A stretch of DNA of 64,000 nt, from the NCBI RefSeq assembly GCF_947568905.1, contig NC_079167.1, forward strand, positions 34,286,001 through 34,350,000, read 5' to 3'. The position numbers and the translations under genes are program-made. Positions 1-13,398 of the stretch are shown one piece after another. The first letter of the stretch is position 1. Each line of letters opens with the position of its first letter. Source of the DNA: Ostrea edulis (taxonomy: Eukaryota). The notes beneath the pieces were generated by a model. That model worked only from the letters and a program-made list of their open reading frames with translations, was not told the origin of the DNA and searched no databases.

Positions 1-470
1 GTCCTACAGTCTACAGTCACATACAAAATTAAATCATAGTCTACAGTCACATACAATAATAAAGTCCTACAGTCACATACAAAAATAAAGTCATACAATC
101 TACAGTCACATACAAAAACAAAGTCATACAGTCTGCAGTCACATACAAAAATAAAGTCATAGTCTACAGTCACATACAAAAATAAAGTCATACAGTCTGC
201 AGTCACATACAAAATTAAATCATAGTCTACAGTCACATTCAAAAATAAAGTCCTACAGTCTGCAGTCACATACAAAAATAAAGTCATACAGTCTATAGTC
301 ACATACAAAAATAAAGTTATAGTCTACAGTCACATACAAAAATAGTCATACAGTCTGCAGTCACATACAAAATTAAATCATAGTATACAGTCACATACAA
401 AAATAAAGTCATACAGTCTACAGTCACATACAAAAACAAAGTCATACAGTCATATACAAATATAAAGTAA
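1..470. repeat. ~33-bp minisatellite (intronic)
   Basis: AGTCACATACAAAAATAAAGTCATACAGTCTAC repeated; runs off the window edge. Confidence 0.95.
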
Positions 471-589
471 TAAATTTGTAGTTTTATCAAAAATTTTGGT
501 AAACATATACAGATTTACTGTATCATTGTCATTTGATATAGCTGTAGTGAATGTAATTAATCGAAAAAAAAATCATTATTATTTTTCAG

Positions 590-3500
590 ATCTATTAATA
601 GCCTAGCAAAGTTGACAGAGACAACAAGAGCCAGGTTTGGTTTGCAATCTTAATCCTTAATTTTGTAACTGTTGTTATAGATCATGATCATCAGTAAATT
701 TTATGACACTCACAATTATTTTTGATGATAATAATCAACAGATTTCATGATAAATATTATTGATGATAATAATCAATAAATTTCATAACAGTTATTACTG
801 AAAATAATAATCAGTATCTTTTCATGACAGCAATTCAAGCTACTATTGTGAAATCAATTGATAAAGTATTAAGAGTAGTAACTGTAGTTTTGACACATAT
901 TGGTCTTGTATTAAAATCAAGTGATACTTAGTTAGATCACTTATTTCACAAGGCCTGATTTTCATGAGGTGTATATTGCAGAGATTATGTAAAATAATAT
1001 GCTTGTGAATCAAAATAATCATCGATTACTATGTGTAATATACAATTGATTTTTAACAGGACAGACTTAGATTCCATTTTGGATCTGAATGCATACGATG
1101 GTAGGAGTAAGACAAGGTGAGTTAGTGTCTCTATATCTCTCTATGGAAATTAAGCACATTTATTCAGAAAATAAGTTTGTAAAAGAATTGAAATCTGCAC
1201 ATCATTTATAAAAAGATCAATTTACAACAGAATAAAAATCTTCCTATCACTTGTAAGAGATAAAAAAATTTGTAATATAGAATAATTGTGTTTTAGTTTA
1301 GAGGAGTTATTCCAGGAGAGAGGCTTCAACAAAGACAGTAAACATATTGTTGATCAGGTCAGTCCTCTGGTCATCTAAATCTGAAATCTTTTGATTCTGG
1401 AACATTCTTGGGCTTATTTTCAATTTAATGGTGTGTAGAAGGTTAAACAAAATAATGTTCTTTATAATCATAATTCATGTACTTTTCTGACTTGCATCAT
1501 GTAAAAATTAAAATGCAATTCTGGAATATTATTGGATTTAGGGCTTTGGATAATTACCTGAAAGTATTATAGAATTTTACATAAGATCTAGTGTGGATAG
1601 GATCAGCTTTCTATGAAGCTGCCATTGCTGTTTTCAACTTCAAAATTTCTTCATTTAGAATTACAGTTCTTGGCAAGCACTGGTCACTACTTGATTAGTA
1701 TCATTATATACTCTGTCCTGTTTCTTTTCACCAGTCTTCCAATTGTTCCATTGTTCAGCAAAGGAAGCATCCATTTGACCTTTATTGATTTTTTAAGTAA
1801 TGACATACAGGTCGATGACAAATTTTTAAGTAATGACTTACAGATCGATGACAGATTTTTTAAGTAATGACATACAGATCGATGACAGATTTTTTAAGTA
1901 ATGACATACAGATCGATGACAGATTTTTTAAGTAATGACATACAGATCAATGACAGATTTTTAAAGTAATGACACACATATCGATGACAGATTTTTTAAG
2001 TAATGACATACAGATCAATGACAGATTTTTTAAGTAATGACATACAGGTCGATGACAGATTTTTTAAGTAATGACATACAGATTGATGACAGATTTTTTA
2101 AGTAATGACATACAGGTCAATGACAGATTTTTTAAGTAATGACACAGGCCAATGACAACCAAGAGGATCTCAAATAATTTTAAGGGAAGTAACTCAAGAT
2201 CTAAAACTTTTTTCTTTTGTTTACCTTTCCAATGATCTTAATGAATGTTGTCAGATTAAAGTACAGCATCTCTCTGCATACAAAACATTTATTTTTAGTG
2301 TAACTAAAAAAAAAAATTTCTGCTCCAGAATTTAAATATTTAAGATTGGTTATTTTCATGTTGAAAAGGGTAAAACATTTTGTGATTGATCCAAGGCCGA
2401 CAGTCTCTGAAGCCTAATTAGTGAAATATTGCAATTTCATGGAGTTGCACATAACAATGACTTTTTCGACTTCCAAAGAACCACAGGAACCATTCTAGCC
2501 AAACCTGCGACAAAGCATCCATTGGGTCAAGTTGTGATTGCAGTATATTGTCAATGTTAGTGTGTAATGTGAGATGTTATGAAAATAGGGTGGGGTGTGT
2601 AAAAGAAACACTGCACCAGACAAAACTTTAATGAAAAGCTGTTGAAGATTCAAATCGGACCTGGTGTAGAACCATAAAGGGGGTTTTACATAGGAATATA
2701 TTGGAAGGACATACACACATTTCTGACATTTTTTCTAAAAATTATTTTTTCATCTCAGTATGAAGAGTTCTTGTATGATTTCTGAAATAAGTTTTAGATT
2801 TTATTTTGTAGTAATATTACAATACTTCATATATCTGCCTGGGTAGGTCAGTGGTTAGATCACCTAACTAGTAATGCAAGGGGCCTGGGTTTGATACACA
2901 GTTGGTCCAAAGATTTTTCTCTCCCTCTTTGCAATAGTAATGTCCATTTATACAACTTACTTAATACATAAAAGCTGACTTTATATTCTCACTCATACTA
3001 GTATGTAAAGAAATTTAACAGATTCGTTAGGGGAAGGGTTTTGCCTTTTATCAGGCAGGGGTTGCACCCTAAGGGATTTATAAGGAAATATTGCTGCAGG
3101 AAGTATTTGCCGATGTTAAGTACCAGGTGATTACATGTTTGCAGAATGTGACTACATTTACGATGGAGTTTGCAGGAGATGTAGATAAACACAGACTCGA
3201 TAAAGCTCTACAAGATTTACTGTGGGACAAAGAATTAGTCAACTCTAAAGGAGACAAACAGGAAATCTACAGACTTAAGGTAATCAATCACTCTGTGTAC
3301 GACATTCTGTACTTCCTGTTACATTCACTGCGTAATACCATCAAATACTGTCTCTGTGTTATTCGTGTAACACCATCAAATATTGCCTCTGTGTTAGTTG
3401 TGTAATACCATCAAATATTGCCTCTGTGTTATTCATGTAATACCATGAAATATTGCTTCTATGTTATTCGTGTAATACCATGAAATATTGCCTCTGTTAT

Positions 3501-6500
3501 TCGTATAATGCCATCAAATATTGCCTCTGTTATTCATGTAATACCATCAAATATTGCCTCTATGTTATTCATGTAATACCATCAAATATTGCCTTTATGT
3601 TAATCGTGTAATACCTTCAAATATTGTCTTTATGTTAATCGTGTAATACCATCAAATATTGCCTCTGGCATTAGAGGTGACAGACACAGGTCATTCAGAT
3701 GAGATTTAGAAACCAATGTTGTATGTTACTGTAGGCTAATAAAAGAAGACTCGATGCTTAATAACGCAGAGCACCTAACACAGATCATTATGTATGACAT
3801 TCGATGCTTAATAACGCAGAGCACCTAACACAGATCATTATGTATGACATTCGATGCTTAATAATGCAGAGCACCTAACACAGATTATTATGTATGACAT
3901 TCGATGCTTAATAACGCAGAGCACCTAACACAGACCATTATGTATGACATTTAACCAAAGGATGGTGATATATCTGTATGAGTGAAAGATTCTTGAGGGA
4001 AATTAAACTCCAAAACAAGGCACCCTCTTTTACCATCAGAAAACCGCCCCCAGATCAACCGATGCTTCACATTCTCTGTATATACGATTGTACGTAACAA
4101 ATTTCACCCTGTCTGTATTTATTTGCAGGGAGTAATATCCATAGCCGGTGATGATAGACGCCTTGTCGTCCAGGCTGTCCATGAGTTGTATGATTCGTTT
4201 TTCACAACGAGCTGGGAGGACGAATCCAATCGGATTAACAGGATAGTGTTAATAGGTATATTGTCATCCATTTGTTACAAGTGTTTTGAGTGGTCAGATA
4301 CATGTATCAACACATCGTTGTGAATTACTTCCCTTTGCAGGATATTAAGTTTACACACATTTCTCAGATAGTGTTCATATAGGTATGCAACATTAACAGG
4401 GATATATTAAGTTATAGGATTCCATAAGGCCAGACAGATAGTATCAATATAGAGATATAGACAAGATAGTTTGTGTGGAAACCTTGAGGTCGGTAGGATT
4501 GTGAGAATGTCGGTAGGATTGTGAGGATTGTGAGAATGTCGGTAGGATTGTGAGAATGTCAGCAGAAGTATAGTTCAAATGGATACTGTAAACCAACTTT
4601 TCTATCCATGACTTTATTTTGTAATTTACCTGTAATGAACTGGTTCACGGTGACTAATTTTTGCGACCCAGATTATCTTGAACAAATTCAAGAGATATCA
4701 AATATTTGTAGCAAGAAATACGCGCAGTAATGACTCAGAGGTTTTTGCAAACCTGGGGAAAAATTTCTCGTTCAGTTAGTTTACAGTGCATTCACATTGC
4801 TTTTTCCTTGATATTGCTAGCAATGGAAACCGAAGACTATTTTCTCACATAATTCATTTTTGCACAGGGATTTAAAATACTAGCAACTAGGACACCACAA
4901 ACAAACCACTGTATTTTCAACATTATTAATTGATTGTGATATCTTAGTGGAAAACATCGAGAAGGGATGTTTGTTGTTTTTCAAATGTTGAATAACAAAA
5001 CAAAGGGCAATCAACATAACAACATAACAATGTATGTAACAAGATAAACACTACAGACAATGTCAATAGAAGAAATGTCTCAGTTTTTGAAAAGATATGA
5101 TATACCTTGAGCCTCCTCACACTGACATATTCATCATGAAGTGCTGGTGCACACCATTCAATATGTTGGGGTGAAGAAGCTCTGGTGCACTCCATTCAAT
5201 ATGTTGGGATGAAGAAGTGCTGGTGCACTCCATTCAATATGTTGGGATGAAAAAGTGCTGGTGCACTCCATTCAATATGCAGGGGGGAAGAAGTGCTGGT
5301 GCACTCCATTCAATATGTTGGGATGAAAAAGTGCTGGTGCACTCCATTCAATATGTTGGGATGAAAAAGTGCTGGTGCACTCCGTTCAATATGCTGGGGG
5401 GAAGAAGTGCTGGTGCACTCCATTCAATATGCTGGGGTGGAGAAGTGCTGGTGTACTCCATTCAATATGTTGGGATGAAAAAGTGCTGGTGCACTCCATT
5501 CAATATGCTGGGGGGAAGAAGTGCTGGTGCACTCCATTCAATATGTTGGGATGAAGAAGTGCTGGTGCACTCCATTCAATATGTTGGGATGAAGAAGTGC
5601 TGGTGCACTCCATTCAATATGTTGGGATGAAAAAGTGCTGGTGCACTCCATTCAATAGGTTGGGATGAAGAAGTGCTGGTGCACTCCATTCAATATGCTG
5701 GTGTGAATAAGCTCTGATGCACTCCATTCATTATGCTGGGGTGAAGAAGTGCTGGTGCACTCCATTCAATATGCTGGTGTGAATAAGTGTAAGGTATTAC
5801 TTCCAAAAATAACTGAGACATTTTTAATTATCAGAGATAAGAGTTATCAAATAAAGACAGGAATAGTTTAAAACTTATAATATAATAATATAGATTTCTT
5901 AAACATGGAATCACTACATTGATCCATAAATGTGGGGGAGGGGGTGTTTAGGGTGTTGCTATAGTAAATATGAAAAATGGGTAGATTCCTCAATTGCACA
6001 AGAAGATATATTTTTTAATCTGTGTCAGATGTGTAAGAGGTTTATAAATAGTGAAGAGATATAGGAATCAATAAGAGATATTGGTCCTGCTATTGCTAGT
6101 CAATAAGAAATATTGGACCTGCTATTCCTAGTCAATCAGAAATATTGGGCCTGCTATTCCAGTCAATCAGAGATATTGGGCCTGCTATTCCTAGTCAATC
6201 AGAGATATTGAACCTGCTATTCCTAGTCAATAAGAGATATTGGACATGCTATTCCTAGTCAATAAGAGATATTGGGCCTGCTATACCAGTCAATCAGAGA
6301 TGTTGGGCCTGCTATTCCTAGTCAATAAGACATTTTGAATCTACTATTCTTAGTCAATAACAGATATTGGACTTGCTATTGCTAGTCAATAAGAAATATT
6401 GGACTTGCTATTCCTAGTCAATAAGAGATATTGGACCTGCTATTGCTAGTCAATAAGAAATATTGGACCTGCTATTCCTAGTCAATAAGAGATATTGCAC

Positions 6501-7473
6501 CTGCTAGTCCTAGTCAGTAAGAGATATCAGTCCTGCTATTCTTAGTCAATAAGAAATATTGGACCTGCTATTCCTAGTCAATAAGAGATATTGGACCTGC
6601 TAGTCCTAGTCAGTAAGAGGTATCGGACCTGCTATTCCTAGTCAATAAGAGATATTGCACCTGCTAGTCCTAGTCAGTAAGAGATATCAGTCCTGCTATT
6701 GCTAGTCAATAAGAAATATTGGACCTGCTATTCTTAGTCAATAAGAAATATTGGACCTGCTATTCCTAGTCAATCAATTAAAGATATTTGGCCTGCTATT
6801 CTTAGTCGATAAAAAAATATTGGACTTGCTATTTTTAGTCAATAAGAGATATTGGGCCTGCTATTCCTAGTCAATCAGAAATATTGAACCTGCTATTCTT
6901 AGTCAATAAGAGATATTAGACCTGCTATTCCTAGTCAATAAGAAATATTGGACCTGCTATTCTTAGTCAATAAGAGATATTGGACCTGCTAGTCCTAGTC
7001 AATAAGAGATATCGGACCTGCTATTCCTAGTCAATAAGAGATATCGGTCCTGCTAGTCCTAGTCTGAGAGATATTGGGCCTACTATCCATAATAGTTAAT
7101 ATAATTAAAACCCTTGCTTCATATAACAACTGAATATGTTATGATTATATCTTGTATATACCTCTTATTAATCTCTTTTTAAAAAAATGACTTTTGCTCC
7201 CCCCCCCCCTCCACCTTTAAATTGCTTCCAGCGGGCCAGTTAGAAGTCATCCTTGTTTTGTAGCAACATGCTCCTGGTAATCTTAGATCGTACTCTGAAG
7301 AGTTTGATCATCGTATATTCAACATTAAACTTTATTTGACATTAATAAATATCACTTCTGAGGGATTAATTGTATACACAGCTGTTTAAAATCTCTCCAC
7401 AGGCAAACATTTAGAGAGAGAATCTTTGGAGTCCAGAATTAATACATGCAGGCCGTCCACCAACAGTTCTTGA
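590..7473 (+). CDS. ZNG1: Zn-regulated GTPase metalloprotein activator (CobW-domain protein), 3' portion; 5' exons lie upstream of the window
   Basis: Phase-consistent GT-AG exons 590-634, 1060-1116, 1297-1357, 3145-3279, 4129-4255, 7403-7473. They translate RSINSLAKLTETTRAR/TDLDSILDLNAYDG.../...HIVDQ/NVTTFTMEF...LQDLLWDKEL...EIYRLK/GVISIAGDDRRLVVQAVHELYD...NRIVLIG/KHLERE...*, collinear with the recalled human CBWD1/ZNG1 C-terminus (CobW_C: RLKG..VQGVHELYD..RLVLLGR). Confidence 0.92.
1790..2158. repeat. ~34-bp minisatellite in a ZNG1 intron
   Basis: TTTTAAGTAATGACATACAGATCGATGACAGATT, ~10 copies. Confidence 0.95.
2836..2910 (+). pseudogene. Degenerate tRNA-Thr(AGT)-like sequence or SINE head
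   Basis: GGTAGGTCAGTGGTTAGA (A box), CTAGTAA anticodon loop, GGGTTTGATAC (degenerate B box); stems pair poorly. Confidence 0.4.
3330..3952. repeat. Two adjacent minisatellites (~36 bp at 3330-3670; 50 bp x4 at 3752-3952)
   Basis: GTAATACCATCAAATATTGCCTCTGTGTTATTCGT and GATGCTTAATAACGCAGAGCACCTAACACAGATCATTATGTATGACATTC. Confidence 0.9.
5136..5790. repeat. 38-bp minisatellite
   Basis: GAAGTGCTGGTGCACTCCATTCAATATGTTGGGATGAA, ~17 copies; source of the Cys/Trp pseudo-ORFs. Confidence 0.95.
6070..7080. repeat. 32-bp minisatellite
   Basis: AAGAGATATTGGACCTGCTATTCCTAGTCAAT, ~30 copies. Confidence 0.95.
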
Positions 7474-7943
7474 AGTCTGACCCGCTGAGGGAATTAGCTG
7501 TTTTAGGAAGCATTAAGATTTATTGTTCCTCCACAGCGGATTGAGTGGCCGTGGGTATATTTAATTGTATTGTGATGTTTGGTGCCAATTACATTCAAGA
7601 AAAACACGGATTGTTCACATGGATTTATTTACATTAAATATGGACAATACGGCCTTAACAAAATAGCCACTAAACTGATGCTTAACAAATGAAAGACTAA
7701 ATGCAGACCAGGATTTGTCGCATAAACAAAATAAAATGAATAGCACTCATTTCACTGTTGATTAATAATACTGAAACTGTAGCCACCAGGGGATATAAAG
7801 GGGTTACATTATATAACACTCAAGTCACACAGATTCCATTAGCTTCGCTGTGTCTTGCGTACATCCATACAGAATACTAGTAACGAGAATTTATTGAATT
7901 AACCCATTAATGATTCATGTCCATGACAATTGTTTTTCGCTTG

Positions 7944-10900
7944 CTAAGTACAAGCCTCAACGATGGCAGATTCAGAATTGGATTGAGAAGACGCTGTCGA
8001 CAAAGTTAAAATACTTTTCGATAACGCTGGCTTTTTCATCCAGTCTGGTTGGTATTGGTCAGAGTAAATTCGGAATATAGTAGTCATGTCGGGTATTACT
8101 GCTGGCTTTGTGCGCCTGGAGAGGGCCATAAGTTTGGCAGTAGACGGGTGGGGTATTCTACCTTTTTTGTAAGAAGTAGGACGCTGGACGGATTCAAAGT
8201 CATCGATCTCATCCAACACTAATTGTCTGGCGTCCATCCCGTCAACAAATGTTTCACTTCTTTGAAATTCCTGTGGCATCTGTAGGGTTGGAAATCTCAG
8301 CGACTGCGCGGACCATGGAAGCTGGTCGTTATGTTTCCTGCCGTGGTTACAAGGCTGGGTGGTGGGCGCTTGGTACATGGTGGACTCCCGCGAGAACGAC
8401 AGAGTGGTGGCGCTGGCAGGAAGGGAAGGGAGGGTCCGACGAGGTGTATACTTTGAGGAGGATTCGTTCCCTCCTCTCTGTGCCCACTCACTGGCGTTCA
8501 GGAATATTTCATTATCACGTAATGTCGGCGAGGCGTTTCCTTTCTTCAGTAGCTGATGTGCAGACACAAAATGGCCTTTCTTTAGGGCCAGTAGAAGCGC
8601 GGTGTATCCGAGACTATTTCTCGTATCAATATCAAGTCCAAACTTCACAAAGCAATCAACCAACATCTCCACGATGGACGGATTCCCGCTGCTTGCGGCG
8701 TGATGTAGTGGCGTGTTACCGTCATTATCAGCTTCATTAATATCAAGTACATCCTCCTTAAGGATGAGTCCCACTATAGAGGAACGACCATTCATGCAAG
8801 CGTAACTAAGAGCAGTTCTTCCTAACGCATCTCTTAAATTCAAAAACGCTCCAGCGTGTAGAAAAATTTTGGCCATCTTATAACCAAATTCTTCTTCGAT
8901 CATACAAGCTAACATCATAGGCGTCCTCCCGTGTAGGTCTTTACAGTCTACATTTACGTTGTGTTTGGAGACCAGCAATCGGACTTGATGAAGACGACAG
9001 TCGAGCACCGCTTGGTGCAGCGCTGTTTTGATTGGTCGCCGAAAGAGTCCGGATGTCACCGAAGAAGCTGTCGGGTGTTGTGATGTGGACATGTTGTCTA
9101 GTACGCCTGTGAAGTAAGAATGGAGAAACCTATTAATGTCCAACTATTTCACTGGTGTTTTTACAAGTATTTGGCAATATATCAGTTACTCTATAAGATT
9201 TTGTTTTAATAAAGTCAATTTGGAGGGTTGGTTGCACGGTTCGGCGTACTTTGGGATTACGATATATAGCAGAGCAGTAATCCTGGTTGAATAAAGTTTG
9301 TGTATTCGAGCTGGTGGATTACAGAGTTTTAGGGAACTCTTTGTTTGCTCGGAATCAGTTTGATTTAATATGACTTACGTCTGAGATATTTAAACAACTC
9401 GTGAAGGAGGTTGTAGGTTTATATATATCATAAATCAAAAACAATATTTTATGTCGTCGATTTGCACTGTTTACTCTCCGTTGTTCGCCAAATATTTTCA
9501 CTAAACTTGAAAATTGAGTCTGATCGGATTACTTGATACAAGCTATTTTTATAGTTATTAAAACTATGTTAATAAGAATTCCAAGTAATGAGGTGCGATT
9601 TAACTCGTTTAAAAATTATATATCGGGATTGTTTAGAAATTATATATCGGGATTTTCAAAGACTGTGACGTCACACTTGCAAGCCTTAATAGAATTTATT
9701 GAAATACAAACTATTTATTCATATATTGAATGACTACAGGTATTCAGTCATTTTTATTCAATATATTCATTGTTCTATTCCATCGATTTGATCGGGGTTA
9801 AAAGTACAGTAAAAACAGACTGTTTCTTTTTATCGAATCGAAACCAGGCAGGAGGGAAATCGCTTGAAATGACAAAATGGGAATTGATGATACTTCACGG
9901 GGTTTACCTAGCCATTAAACACTTAAAAACTGCCGTTTAGGGTCAAAAGTTCCTCCCCGTGAGTTACCTAAATGTATATCACAAGCTTTTTTCCAGACTG
10001 GGGATTTTTTTTTCTCGAATAAGAAGCTATTGCTCAATATTCACATGTTCAATGTTTTTGCTGTTTATCTTTCCAGATCATAATGATAGCCATTTTCTTA
10101 TGAATGCGTTGTAGTGGACAATGTGCGTATTAATTATGATATAGTACGTCTATTTACGACTGTGAATTCTGACAGAAATAAAAGTAGAATGTAAATATAT
10201 TAACAAATGAATTTTAATTTTGAAAATACATGAGGGTATGGAGTACAGCGCTTCACGTCGGTGTATTTTTCATAAAGCGCTGGCGTGAAGCGTCGAATTT
10301 CATATACCCTCATTTGTATTCAAAAATGAAATCTATTTATAAGGTTTCACTGCTAAAACTCAATATTCCGATGTAGTAATCTAAAGCATTGTCTGATCAG
10401 GTATATGTACCAACTCAAACGAGATTTATCGAGAGAGAGAAAAAAAATAAAACCTCGATTTAACGATCTCAAAGAGGGTGGACGTGTAGCCGATAAAACG
10501 TTACCTGCAAAAATTAATTCATTCTAATGCACCTCTCAGTAGTTTACGTAATATTTGATAAATTGATATTTTGTTGACTTCTTTTTATCAGGAAATGCCA
10601 CCATCAGATGTAAATGGATGTCTGCTGCAGTAACAAGACTCCTCGCATTATGAAATGAACATAGTCAGAAAGTGGTCACTGTTTGTAGCATATTAATTAA
10701 ATATAAAACGTGTGAAGTGTCATCATTTAAACATTTAACGACACAAACTGTTTAGAGCACCTTGCTACAAACAGAGGGTATGTGTACAGTCCCTAACACA
10801 TGCGTTTAAAGTCTCCCAGATTTATACGCTTTTTTAATTACATATATGCTAATTCTTTTAATGAATGGTAAACAGTTTTGCAATAGAATAAAAATTCATG

Positions 10901-11452
10901 GGGAAGTTTAACAGATAGCCGCAGTGAATAAAACTTATATAACAATTTCAATAGATCTCTGTACATAAAAACTTCTTGTAGTTTTGAATGCTGGGATTTT
11001 AACCTCTGGGATAAATGAGCAAACTTTTAAAGCGAGTTTCGTTGGCGTCTATACAACTTTGCGGCACATAAAGCTGCTGATTTTCATGTTCTGCAAGGTT
11101 GACTTTTCCCTTTCATAATAGGTACTGTTGCAGCTAACGGGTACCCGCAGTTATTCGGTGTAGTATTGATGGAGCATAGGACCCCCCTCCCCTAATCTTC
11201 CTCCGTAGATCTCTTTCCCCAGAAATGCTAGCTTATTTTCATTTGTATCATGATATTTACAATGTATTCTTAAATCTAATTTCATCCGGCTTAGTATTTT
11301 ATCTGAGTGGAATTTGAGTATTTGTTGGCTGTACTGTATTGCGCGGAGTAAGAATTTGAGTTGTTGAGTGTACTATACGGAGTAAGAAGGCAGTACTTAC
11401 TGCGGCGCTCCGTGGACACCGTTCCTCTGCTGGATAATCCTGATCTATCCAT
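7944..11452 (-). CDS. Ankyrin-repeat protein, ANKRD34/ANKRD63-like, 404 aa, two coding exons (11401-11452, 7944-9106)
   Basis: N-terminal ankyrin repeats (TALHQAV, GRTPMMLAC, GRTALSYAC, GNTPLHHAA, GYTALLLAL) followed by a low-complexity tail. Exon 1 has GCTACCATGG start context and ends CGCA|GTAAGT (phase 1). The acceptor TTTCTCCATTCTTACTTCACAG|GC at 9107 is phase 1 and joins in frame. The ORF-track start at 9143 is a TTG inside the intron. If exon 1 is wrong, the fallback ATG is 9092. Confidence 0.85.
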
Positions 11453-11904
11453 GGTAGCCACAATCTCCAAATTTTATAATCCACGTTCTCTCTCCCACTT
11501 ACAACTTTGACATTGTTGTCTAGATTTAATCGATTATAGATCAAGCATTGTTCATTTAAAATGACGGTGTAAACTACCGGCTCACATCTTTCCCTTCGTG
11601 CGCTTGAGAGAACTCCACACCGCGAAACAAGAGCCTGGTTGCTAGGTCCTCCTCAGTTCTTCACACACGAGAACAGCGGCGTGTTAGGTTATTGACACAT
11701 TTAGAAGACTCAGTCAACTGATAAACTATCTATACACTTAAAACAATAGCAAGCACCCTACCGATTGGCGTGCGTGTCGGACATTCAATTACAGAGAGGT
11801 GCCCCGATATACAACAGCACTAAGGCAAAAATATGAATTGCTTGTTATAGTAAACCATTTGACTATGGTGTTAACTATTTGAATGTTCTTATTTTACACA
11901 ATAA

Positions 11905-12212
11905 AACGGGCGTTCAGAGCCCACAAACTCCAGTCAGGGCTCCCCAGTTGCTATGTCCCATCACAATAAGACTGGCGTTCAGAGCCCACAAACTCCAGTC
12001 AGGGCTCTCCAGTTTTTATGTCCCGACACAATAAGACGGGCGTTCAGAGCCCACAAACTCCAGTCAGGGCTCCCCAGTTTCTATGTCCCGACACAATAAG
12101 ACGGGCGTTCAGAGCCCACAAACTCCAGTCAGGGCTCCCCAGTTTCTATGTCCCGACACAATAAGACGGGCGTTCACAGACTCTAGGCAGGGATCCCCAG
12201 TTTCTATGTCCC
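11905..12212. repeat. 65-bp tandem repeat, ~4.7 copies
   Basis: CGGGCGTTCAGAGCCCACAAACTCCAGTCAGGGCTCCCCAGTTTCTATGTCCCGACACAATAAGA. Confidence 0.95.
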
Positions 12213-12214
12213 AA

Positions 12215-13230
12215 TCTCTGTCTACATCTCCATGAATCTATGTATACCGACATACCTATCTCTATGTTCACATTTTCAATCTCAATATGTCCACATCCCA
12301 ATATCTACACATCTACATCTCCAATCTCTATATATCTACATCTCCAATCTCTATATATCTACATCTCCAATCGCTATATATCTACATCTACAATCTCTAT
12401 ATATCTACATCTCCAATCTCTATATATGTCTACATCTCCAATCTCTATACATCTACATCTCCAATCTCTCTATATCTACATCTCCAATCTCTACATGTCT
12501 TCATCTCCAATCTCTATATATCTACATTTCCAATCTCTATATACACATGTATCTACATTTCCAATCTTTATATATCTACATCTCCAATCTCTATATGTCT
12601 ACATCTCAATCTCTATATGTCTACATCTCCAATCTCTATACATCTACATCTCCAATCTCTATATATCTACATCTCCAATCTCTATACATCTCCATATATG
12701 TACATCTCCAATCTCTACATCTCCAATCTCTATATATCTACATCTCCAATCTCTATATATCTACATCTCCAATCTCTATATGTCTACATCTCCAATCTCT
12801 ATACATCTACATCTCCAATATCTCTATATATATACATCTCCAATCTCTATACATCTACATCTCCAATCTCTACATATCTACATCTCCAATCTCTATACAT
12901 CTCCATATATGTACATCTCCAATCTCTACATCTCCAATCTCTATATATCTACATCTCCAATCTCTATATATCTACATCTCCAATCTCTATACATCTCCAT
13001 ATATGTACATCTCCAATCTCTACATCTCCAATCTCTATATATCTACATCTCCAATCTCTATATATCTACATCTCCAATCTCTACATCTCCAATCTCTATA
13101 TATCTACATCTCCAATCTCTATACATCTCCAATCTCTATATATCTACATCTCCAATCTCTATATATCTACATCTCCAATCTCTATATGTCTACATCTCCA
13201 ATCTCTATATATCTACATCTCCATCTGTGT
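12215..13230. repeat. Low-complexity ~23-25-bp satellite
   Basis: TCTACATCTCCAATCTCTATATA variants; the strand nearly lacks G, so all three frames stay open. Confidence 0.95.
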
Positions 13231-13398
13231 GTCTACAACATACGCAGATCTTTCTAACTCCAACTAGCTCTTGCGAGACATCAAATTTATCTTTTATGAA
13301 CGATTAAATGAAATTTGCATATCCATAGAATTATACATCTAGATGACCGAAAACATATCCTCCTCAATTGATGGAATTTGGGATCCAAGTACGGTTAT

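Noticed and set aside
3280-3670. ZNG1 36-bp array as a donor-anchored array
   Set aside because: It starts ~50 nt into the intron and contains no exon sequence; only the GTAAT start resembles the donor.
4944-5630. Cys/Trp-rich repeat ORFs
   Set aside because: A 38-bp unit cycling through frames inside a ZNG1 intron.
8249-8740. 163-aa + strand ORF and smaller overlaps
   Set aside because: Shadow ORFs antisense to the ankyrin CDS.
12232-13307. Three overlapping 326-355 aa ORFs
   Set aside because: They arise from a G-poor satellite that lacks stops in all three frames; the sequence is S/I/Y/L/H low complexity with no splice or start context.
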